The notes beneath the pieces were generated by a model that was given only the letters and a program-made list of their open reading frames with translations, was not told where the DNA came from and did no database searches. A program made the translations under genes and the position numbers. A stretch of 64,000 bases of DNA from Tubulanus polymorphus (lineage: Eukaryota; Animalia; Nemertea). The DNA is taken from NCBI RefSeq assembly GCF_964204645.1, contig NC_134032.1, positions 16,613,572 to 16,677,571 of the forward strand, given 5' to 3'. Below are positions 54,201-64,000 of this stretch, piece after piece. Positions within the stretch are counted from its first letter, which is position 1. Every line of letters starts with the position of its first letter.

Positions 54201-57200
54201 TTCATTGGACTAGGTGCCGTATACATGCAAATTTCAAATGCTCATTGCTGATGAGAATGTAATTATTATCCACCATAGGTAATGTTTCATTTTAATACCC
54301 GGAGATTGATTTGATTGACACTGAAGTACAAGCGAACATTCACTTACACAAGGCCTCCACGTGCGCGCGGAGTGCTATAGACTGTTGCATACACAAACAG
54401 ACGCTCGTACAGTATACACTACTATAGTGATACTGTAAACGCTGCTTGCTGGCGCGTCTGACATTTCATCAACAGAAGATGAGCGCTATGTTTTCTGTTT
54501 GATATAATTTATAATAAATTGTAATTTCTTGTGACCTGAAAATATTAAGCAGAAAACTACAAGTATAGGTCGAGGTCTGAATATTGTAGTAGTAAATTCC
54601 AGGATTTAAAACGATCTAATACGCCAATTTCTTACTGCGCCGGTTTAGATTCCGCGGCCATACATTGCAAGAGGTTTCCAAGACTAAATATTCAGCCACC
54701 CTCTGATATGTGACACCATGTGAATTTTGTTTGAATATTTTTTCATATTTTGAAAAATATTTCTTTGAACATATAAAATAGTTTCCGTGCCGCGCCTACC
54801 TGTACCCTACGAAATGTATCTTTTTGGTCTTATTTGACAACAAAATAATTCTTTGAGAAAGATGAAATACAACATAGAACTTTGAAGTCACGAATTAAAA
54901 AGATTTTTCAAGCAATGCCATTACCCCAAACAACCTCTAGCTTTCAAGGTAAACCACACTTTGCCCATGGGCAATTTATTATCATATGTTATTGATTTTT
55001 TTATAGATTTTTGTCATTTAACTTGAATGTAAAAAGACCCGAGACTTAAAGCGTGTTTTACAAACAATTCCTTTTAGGTTTTAGTGATTTAGATAAAAAC
55101 TATCGTTAATCATTAAGTGAGGATGTTTTGTTTCTTGAATATTTCAGGCTGAATTTAAAGAAATTAATCTAGCTGCTTACTCAGATTCAGGGACCATGGT
55201 AGACATACAAGTCAACAGAAATGGTACTAAAGTAGTCAGGTATGTAAATCAAACCCCCTTCCCCCCCCCTTCCGGATGTTGACTCCCTCAATAGGAACAG
55301 ATACACTGGCTGATTGTGTCCACTGGTTTAGGTACCAGTTGCTCAAAATTTGGTTCATGTTGCTTAGCCTTAGGTGGACAGAGGATAACAGATTATACAA
55401 AACCCGAATCTAAGAATAATCACAGCCTGAAATGTTTCCTCGAGGCAAAAATGATTTATTCAATATTTCGACTGTATCCTAATAGTTACCTTCAGGAATT
55501 CTGGCTCAAGTTGCGCAGTCATTAGATACTGTAAACTCCTACACTTATGATTAAAACAGTCCAGAATGTTTCCTTGAGCTAATGGTTTTTTTGACATTAT
55601 GAACATATCCTTATAGCAAGATGACTATTACGATAAAGGCGTCAAATAGATATTAGTAGTTCAAGGAAAAGTTTTAGACACTTTTCATCTTAGTATAGGA
55701 TTTTGTATTATGTTTAAAGAGTGTTTCATCCTGATGGTTATACAGGTTTATACAGATTGTCATCTATGTAGGTAAAGGACTGATTGGTTTCTAGCTGTGG
55801 TCTAGATTCTGAGATATAGACTGTGGGGGTTCTGACTGCGACAGTCGGAGAAAGAATAATGTGTTTCCTGTATTAACGCGTGTCAATTAGTTTTATTACC
55901 TGCGCACGTTGGGGGTGGGATACAGAAATATCTTCAGTTGCAGCCACAGCCGTGTGCGTGGAGCGAGAGAGTGAGTGTGATATCAATCGATAGATCAATC
56001 AATATATCTGAGAGAATACAATGAAATATCACCACACACACATATATATATATATAAATCAATGATATCAACTCAATTCTCGAATATATCCAGCACTAAT
56101 TGAATATCGAGTCAATTCAGAGAATTCTCAACGGAGACATTTTGAATATATTCCACATAAATGATTTCTTATATTTCATCTATTGTATAAACACTGCTGC
56201 TTCAGAAATGGCTGTAGAAGTTGGATATGGTAAAAATAAATTGATTCAATTCGGTCTCTAAAATCTTCAACTGAGTTTAGAAATGGGGTTAAATATAACT
56301 GTAGAACACTAGACAACAGGGGGTTGGTTTCACAATCTAAAGAAACATGACCCAAATCGTAACTGAAAACTGTGGAACCGGGTTCTGGGTTCCACAGATT
56401 CATTTCTTTCATTCGTTAATTCCAGTTGTTTTTTTTTCTTGTGAATATTTTCAGGTCGTTTAAGCCTGATTTAGTATTAATTCGTCAACATGTCCGAGAC
56501 GCCAACGAGGACTGGAGAAATATCATTTTAGGATTAAAATATGGAGGAATTCCTAGCGTTAATTCTCTACATTCCATGTATCAATTTCTAGATAAACCCT
56601 GGGTGGTAAGTATTTCACTTTTACAACTAGAAACAAAAATATTTTGAATATCGGATTTGAGTAGAAAAAGTGTTTGCAGTTCCACTTCACTTGCATGTGG
56701 ACCTGCACCAGTTCCAGACTCACAACTGTGGAACTGGGTCCAGAGTTCAGAGTTAACTCTAACTCGCAACAGTGGAACTGGATCCTGGATCCAGTTCCAC
56801 AGTCGTGAGTTAGAGTTAACTCTGAGTTAAAGTTAGTTCATTTTCGATGTTTTAACCCAGGGTCAAATCTTAACTCAGAACTGTGGAACTGGGCCCTGGA
56901 GTCAAAATCAATCAAGAACTGTAAAACTGAGTTAAAAAATATTCTGTTTTTCTGATAATATCTTCCCGTGCTACATGGCTGTCGGGATATTGGATTCACC
57001 TCGAGTAGAAGAAAACCGGCAGTGACACTTAACTCTCACGTCGACCTGGAACAGCTTAGAATTATTGAGCTCGAACGATTTAGTCTTAGCTGGCTGGTGA
57101 AGGTGCTGGTTGCTGGAGGTGCTGGCTGATGAAGAGATTGCTATTGACTGCTGGCTGATGAAGGTGCTGGCTGATGAGGGTGCTGGCTGATGAAGGTGCT

Positions 57201-60200
57201 GGCTGGTGGAGGTGCTGGTTGCTGGAGGTGCTGGCTGAGGAAGAGATTGCTATTGACTGCTGGCTGATGAAGGTGCTGGCTGATGAGGGTGCTGGCTGGT
57301 GAAGGTGCTGGCTGGTGGAGGTGCTGGTTGCTGGAGGTGCTGGCTGATGAAGAGATTGCTATTGACTGCTGATGAGGGTGCTGGCTGATGAAGGGCTGGT
57401 GGTGCTTGCTGATGTAGTTGCGATGTTGCTGGCTGATGAAGGTGCTGGCTGATGTAGGGATTGTTGCTATTGACTGCTGGCTGATGAAGGCACTGGCTGA
57501 TGAAGAGATTGCTATTGACTGCTGGCTGATGAAGGGCTGGTGGTGCTGGCTGGTGAAGGGGTTGGCTGATGACGTTGCTAGCTGATGAAGAGATTGCTAT
57601 TGACTGCTGGCTGATGAAGGGCTGGTGGTGCTGGCTGGTGGAGGTGCTGGCTGGTGGTGCTGGCTGATGAAGGGCTGGTGGAGGTGCTGGCTGATGGTGC
57701 TGGCTGGTGAAGGTGCTGGCTGATGGTGCTGGCTGATGAAGGGCTGGTGGTGCTGGCTGGTGAAGGTGCTGGCTGATGGTGCTGGCTTGTGGTGCTGGCT
57801 GATGAAGGGCTGGAGGTGCTGGCTGGTGAAGGGGTTGGCTGATGACGTTGCTAGCTGATGAAGAGATTGCTATTGACTGCTGGCTGATGAAGGGCTGGTT
57901 GTGCTGGCTGGTGGAGGTGCTGGCTGGTGAAGGGGTTGGCTGATGACGTTGCTAGCTGATGAAGGGATTGCTATTGACTGCTGGCTGATGAAGGGCTGGT
58001 GGTGCTGGCTGGTGGAGGTGCTGGCTGATGAAGGGCTGGTGGAGGTGCTGGCTGGTGGAGGTGCTGGCTGATGGTGCTGGCTGGTGGTGCTGGCTGATGA
58101 AGGCACTGGCTGATGAAGGGATTGCTATTGACTGCTGGCTGTGTGTGAATCAGGAGTGTTAATATAGATCGGGGATTTAAGTCACTTTCATCTGCTCTCC
58201 ACTCGGTTCTCTCGGCTCGGTTCTCTCGGCTCGGCTCTCTTCGCTCGGCGCGAGTCTCAATATCTAATTACCCGGAAGCGACGTACAAGAATTTGTATCT
58301 GATAACGGTGTAAAGCTTCACGCAGGAGTCAATATGGCTTCCATTGTCTACATCAGTACAGTGACCTTCAGTGGAGGAATCTTGTGAAAAATGAGGTAAT
58401 TAGAGTATCCCACGCGGTTCCACAGTTAAGAGTCAATTAAAATGAAAAGATTTTTCCCTTTGCCCCGTCTGAAACGTGAGACTAGTTACAGCTAGTAGAA
58501 TTACACATCAGTTCAATGTGTGTCTCTAGATTTAGGTATTCCTCCTCTTTCCATTATCTCTTTTTCCAGTTTTTAAAATTGCATCCTCCACCATTAATTA
58601 TTTGAAAAGTTTGAATTCATGAAACATTATTGTGGACTTCATGGGCTGCTTGCATTTACACTAACGCTATCGGAACTATATATCGAGCGCTCCCTTGGTC
58701 TAATATATATCATAGATATTTTGAAGCTTTTGCCTATATTCACACAGATCACAACCTTTGTGCTTGAAGACATTTCGATTTCTTTGATCTTATGGAGCTA
58801 TAATGAACTGATGCTGAACATATACATGGTCCAACATCTCGGAGAGATGTTTTGAAACTCGTCTTTGGTCACAGATCAAGTCTTTAGTGCTTAAAGAAGC
58901 TGTATATTCTTTGGTCGTTTATCATAGATGTCATGGAGCTTTAAGAAAATATTGCTGAGCACTTGCTCCAATAGGTCGCTGTTTTGAAACTGTAAGGAGC
59001 TGTTTTGAAGCTGTAAGGAGCTGTTTTGAAGCTGTAAGGAGCTGTTTTGAAGCTGTAAGGAGCTGTTTTGAAGCTGTAAGGAGCTGTTTTGAAGCTGTAA
59101 GGAGCTGTTTTGAAGCTGTAAGGAGCTGTTTTGAAGCTGTAAGGAGCTGTTTTGAAGCTGTAAGGAGCTGTTTTGAAGCTGTAAGGAGCTGTTTTGAAGC
59201 TGTAAGGAGCTGTTTTGAAGCTGTAAGGAGCTGTTTTGAAGCTGTAAAGAGCTGTTTTGAAGCTGTAAGGAGCTGTTTTGAAGCTGTAAGGAGCTGTTTT
59301 GAAGCTGTAAGGAGCTGTTTTGAAGCTGTAAGGAGCTGTTTTGAAGCTGTAAGGAGCTGTTTTGAAGCTGTAAGGAGCTGTTTTGAAGCTGTAAGGAGCT
59401 GTTTTGAAGCTGTAAGGAGCTGTTTTGAAGCTGTAAGGAGCTGTTTTGAAGCTGTAAGGAGCTGTTTTGAAGCTGTAAGGAGCTGTTTTGAAGCTGTAAG
59501 GAGCTGTTGCTGCCCGATCTCTGGGATCCATCTCTACTTCATTATGAGCGGTGGAGACTGATTTCTGAATGTATCGACATGTCGTCTCCTATAATAGAAT
59601 GTGTGTATAATCATGAGGATCATTAAGTAGGTTTTCGATGCTGATTAATATTCCCGTCCCGAAGAAGACGTTGATGTTCTCCCGATCTCGTTTGATGAAC
59701 TGTTGATGAAATTCCGTCGTCGTCGTGGTTATATCAAAAGATTCTGCTCAGTGTCTGTCAACTCGTCGTTGATTGTCTATTTCTTTATGAGACCCGACGA
59801 CTGATGTTCTTGTTACCAACATCTGTTTTTTGTACTCTTTGTGAAACTGGTTGTTTGATCGCCGAAACGGCCCTCATTCGTTCGGGGTTACCTGTCTCTG
59901 GTCTATACTTGTGGTTCCACGGTTATGTGGCTTTAATTTGACTCTGGATCCAGTTCCGCAGTTACGTAGGGGTTACCTGTCGCTGGTCTATACTTGTGGT
60001 TCCACGGTTATGTGGCTTTGATTTGACTCTGGATCCAGTTCCGCAGTTACGTAGGGGTTACCTGTCTCTGGTCTATACTTGTGGTTCCACAGTTACATAG
60101 GGGTTACCTGTCGCTGGTCTATACTTGTGGTTCCACGGTTATGTGGCTTTGATTTGACTCTGGATCCAGTTCCACAGTTACGTAGGAGTTACCTGTCTCT

Positions 60201-61445
60201 GGTCTATACTTGTGGTTCCACAGTTACATAGGGGTTACCTGTCTCTGGTCTATACTTGTGGTTCCACGGTTATGTGGCTTTGATTTGACTCTGGATCCAG
60301 TTCCGCAGTTACGTAGGGGTTACCTGTCTCTGGTCTATACTTGTGGTTCCACAGTTACATAGGGGTTACCTGTCGCTGGTCTATACTTGTGGTTCCACGG
60401 TTATGTGGCTTTGATTTGACTCTGGATCCAGTTCCACAGTTACGTAGGAGTTACCTGTCTCTGGTCTATACTTGTGGTTCCACGGTTATGTGGCTTTGAT
60501 TTGACTCTGGATCCAGTTCCACAGTTACATAGGGGTTACCTGTCGCTGGTCTATACTTGTGGTTCCACAGTTACATAGGGGTTACCTGTCTCTGGTCTAT
60601 ACTTGTGGTTCCACGGTTATGTGGCTTTGATTTGACTCTAGATCCAGTTCCACAGTTACGTAGTTTACCTGTTAGAAATGAATTTGAATGTCTAAAGCTA
60701 TGATAAACTCAAAACTGTGAGGCTTTAGCCGGTTTAGTTCCAGTTCGTCGCTTGCTATCAGCTGGTTTTTTTTCTGATGTCAGTAATTGAAGTGGTTTTG
60801 GATTTGTTGAACAAACGCCAGTCTCAGGCTCATCATCATTTACACTCGAGTCCTCAATTTATCACGTTAATCAGTGAAATCACCTCCCGTAGGCACATTA
60901 AACATTCTCATCGGTTTACCTTTCAATTCGATGCTCTCTAAATATCTAGTTGTTCAAACTTGAGATGTGGCTGCTGCTAACATGGGCGCGGGCGCGGGCA
61001 TGGACCTCACTTTTCAGTATTTATTGTGTTTGTGTAATACTGGATTCAGTACCAGCAGCATACTGGGTTGAATATGACAGATATATTTGAGCGTTACTGT
61101 GGGTCTTACCCCCATTGATACACATTAATTTACATGTAAATGTGAATGGTGTTACTGAAGGTCTTCGGTTAAGTTGAAGCCCAGTCACTCTCGATATACT
61201 AACTTTCTTTATTTTTCAAATTGAACGTTAATACTAGCTTTCTTTATTTTCTAAATTGAATGTTAATACTAGCTTTCTTTATTTTTCAAATTGAATGTTA
61301 ATACTCTCTGCGAAGATATTTATTTAACTCCTGAAATAATCTGTATATATTTCAGTTTTCTCATCTGATACAAATACAGCGACGACTCGGTAAAGATCAC
61401 TTCCCGTTGATTGAACAGGCGTATTACCCGAACCATAGGGAAATG
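47791..61445 (+). CDS. SYN: Synapsin, coding exons 1-5 (gene continues beyond window)
   Basis: Exons 47791-48053 ([13 protein letters not shown] domain A; SAPSSP; [11 protein letters not shown]), 53445-53502 ([19 protein letters not shown]), 55148-55239 (AEFKEINL...NGTKVVR), 56455-56605 ([12 protein letters not shown]...DKPWV), 61356-61445 ([30 protein letters not shown]). GT-AG and phase-consistent, with the same intron positions as vertebrate synapsins. Confidence 0.97.
48161..48333. repeat. (CGG)/(CTG) microsatellite at the start of synapsin intron 1
   Basis: Continuous cgg/ctg triplets. Confidence 0.95.
49070..49703. repeat. 57-bp tandem repeat x11
   Basis: ttttatagaccgggtatcaaagttatccctagggg at 49084, 49141 and onward; related monomer at ~45690-45790. 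Confidence 0.95.
50741..50754. promoter_or_regulatory. RFX X-box (perfect palindrome); further X-boxes at 44502, 46844, 47090, 62228, 62901
   Basis: GTTGCTATAGCAAC fits the GTNRCY-AT-RGYAAC consensus. Confidence 0.6.
53686..54011 (-). CDS. Candidate nested antisense micro-gene (52 aa) in synapsin intron 2
   Basis: ACC-ATG at 54011, exon to donor AAG|GTAAA at 53864, acceptor ttttgtcgacag before 53696, stop at 53686, AATAAA at 53611-53606; upstream E2F and CCAAT motifs. Confidence 0.4.
57088..58140. repeat. Low-complexity compound repeat (gctggctgatgaagg / gattgctattgact)
   Basis: Shuffled short modules over ~1 kb in synapsin intron 4. Confidence 0.92.
58980..59507. repeat. 21-bp near-perfect minisatellite x25
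   Basis: gctgttttgaagctgtaagga. Confidence 0.98.
59884..60672. repeat. Two-subunit compound minisatellite
   Basis: Irregular alternation of ggggttacctgtctctggtctatacttgtggttccac and tgtggctttgatttgactctggatccagttccacagttac. Confidence 0.94.
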
Positions 61446-61719
61446 GTGAGTAATTTATGGGTGAGTTTACTTCATTGCTTTTTAGTCTTTTGGCTTCATG
61501 TCCTGTGCACACATTCATCAAACTTGATCTCATCATTATTTATCAATCAATATATACGATCTTCTTATGATCTTTTGATTAGTTAATTAGCACGCTAATT
61601 AGTAATTGTTGAAACTTAATCGTTGACAGTACTCGTCAATCGACTTGATATTTCACGTATTGATATATTCTTAGTTCTTTGAGAATTTGGTAACAGTTCT
61701 TATTTAGATTCAACTTTTA

Positions 61720-62070
61720 ATCCAGTTCCACAATTTGACTCTGGATCCAGTTCCACAGTCGTGTGGGTTCAATTTGACTCTGGATCCAGTGGATCCAGTT
61801 CCACAGTTGTTTGGGCTCAATTTGACTGTGAACCAAGTTCCACAGTCGTGTGGGTTCAATTTGACTGTGAACCCAGTTCCACAGTTGTGTGGTTTGAATT
61901 TGACTCTGGACCCAGTTCCTCAATTTCGTGGGTTCAATTTGACTGTGAACCCAGTTCCACAATTTTGTGGGTTTAATTTGACTGTGGATCCAGTTCCACA
62001 GTTGTGTGGGTTTAATTTGACTGTGGATCCAGTTCCACAGTTGTGTGGGTTTAATTGACCCAGTTCCACA
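61720..62070. repeat. ~39-bp minisatellite built on the MITE terminal motif
   Basis: aatttgactgtggatccagttccacagttgtgtgggt repeated ~8 times. Confidence 0.92.
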
Positions 62071-64000
62071 TTTATCATTTGATCAATTAATGCTTTGAGT
62101 CTCGTGTGAAAAATATCTCTCTTATTCCATTGCGTTATTAGCTGCAATTTTCTGCGCGTCGAGACAAAAATGAGAAAAAAGAAAAAATTGATTAGTTCAT
62201 CTCGCGATTAGGGTTTTTATTCTGTGCGTTACCATAGCGACTTTAAATAGGCAGAAACGATCTTATTCTTTATTGTTTAATTTCAAAAAGATCTTTTGCA
62301 ATGTTTAGAATTTCGTTAAAAATATATATTTGATGAAAAAGATATCAGATATTTTGAAAAAAAGCTCAGAAAATTAAAATGCTTTCCTCTGTTTTTCGAT
62401 TTGTTATTTTTAAAAGTTTATATTTTAATCATTTCAACGATTGAAAAAAGTATTCCAAACATTTTTATCATTGAAACTCAATTTGTAGAGTGATATCTGA
62501 GTTGGATGGTACAGCAGTCTCAATTCAGATGTGGCAAATGTATGTCTGATTTGACAGTGATATCTGTGAGTTGGTCAGATCCAACTCGAGTCAACTGTAT
62601 GTACAAAGAGAGAGAGACTGCAGGTACATGTTGTGTGTGGCAGAGATTGTGTGCGACATGTTGATAAATGCAGCTGCTGCTGCAGCTGCTGCTGCTGCTG
62701 CTGCTGCTGCTATGAGCTTACAGTATATAATAACATCACGACTGTATTTGAAGTGTTTATACTGTTGTAATCTACTGCTATGATTGATGTGTTGTTTAAT
62801 CCCGGACTAACTCTACCGCTGCCACTGTTGTCGCGCGTGTATGAATTTATTCCGGAGATAAACTCAAAATTTTCGCCATCGAGGTTGATAATAATCTGAT
62901 GTTGCTATGGTAACGGTTCCTCGGATCGCTTTGTTTCTTCGGAAAGTTGTAAATCTTTTACTATGTAAATTGTTGCGTCGTCGAGGAGTGCGATTTAAGA
63001 TTGAAATCATTCCCGTAAATATTCAACATTTCTTTGAAAATGATGAGAAAAGAAGTAGCAGTTAATCTGCATATGACACTTCATTAGCATATGTAAATTA
63101 AGTGGATTTATTTCAAAATGTTACATGTGTTTCTTTCAAAGAACAGACTTTGATATTGTTTTTGTAACAGGATGGCTGTCTATAAACGTCATCATGATTT
63201 CACCAGTTAAACCTAGTAGGAGTAAATTCTTCTTGAGATGTTTATGTCGGTTTGTCGATGTTCGTTTTAGTTTTGAGTTTAGATTTAAATCGATCAAGTT
63301 GAATGTGTTCACAGGTCATTGCATGTATCACTCACAATTGATTAAAACAGTAATGAACTCAGCCCTCGCAAATTAACACGAGAATTCGCTTCCAGAAATT
63401 ACGGTCAAGCTTCCACAAACGTGTCCTCAAATGTTTTAACGGGTGCTCCTGTCGACGAGAATCTTTTGATATGGATTTTTGATTTCTAATTTCAATTCTT
63501 ACTTTCACTGGAATCAAAATTGTTTTCGGGACAAAAAGATTTTGATTCGTATAAAAACTGTTAATTACTGGAAGGATAAAATGTAGTGTATGTATTTATC
63601 AGATAGCATCCTCTCGCACAAACAGCAAATATATTACACTGATCACACGTTCCCCCCGGTAAATATATGAATTTTGTTTTCATCAAAATGATGTAAAGTA
63701 GCTGAAAACTACAGTTATAGTGTAATCTAGTTATTCAATCTTCCGCTAGAGGTCAGCGTGTGATGGTTACATCAGTAGTCCCCTATATGTCGATAATCGT
63801 TGAGATGTAGAGATAGTTTATAGATCGACTGATTGATTGGAATTAAAAAACATACAGTAGACAGTAGAAACTAAATGAGACCAGAGAAGTTGAATGATAG
63901 GGACTTGATAGGGACTGGAGTGGAGAGGGTTAATATGGACTGGAGTGGATAGGGCTGGAGTGGAGAGGGTTAATATGGACTGGAGTGGAGAGGGTTAATA

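Noticed and set aside
45021-59531. ORFs at 45021, 45025, 48091, 57870 and 58941
   Set aside because: Translations of intronic micro- and minisatellites with no supporting splice or domain evidence.

Overview
Eukaryotic, AT-rich, intron-containing animal DNA, most consistent with a lophotrochozoan invertebrate (inferred from gene content, not proven). 1-11.4 kb is a compound macro-satellite of alternating 159-bp and 153-bp arrays. 11.4-29 kb is a repeat and transposon graveyard: a local duplication, minisatellites, a long hairpin, a piggyBac-like MITE and a Ty3/Gypsy relic. 29-34 kb holds an orphan Pol II promoter, a small coiled-coil ORF inside 105-bp inverted repeats, a Penelope-type hammerhead ribozyme and an intronless class A peptide-type GPCR. 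35.1-42 kb is a complete 16-exon ANKS6 gene on the minus strand (829 aa by manual splicing). From 47.6 kb, synapsin exons 1-5 lie head-to-head with it on the plus strand, and the gene continues past the window. Best leads: a probable non-AUG (AUU) N-terminal extension of synapsin behind an in-frame uORF, a candidate antisense micro-gene with an E2F/NF-Y promoter in synapsin intron 2, a cluster of RFX X-boxes, the inverted-repeat-enclosed ORF, and the orphan promoter pointing into the TE relics. All structures were read by eye; no searches were run.
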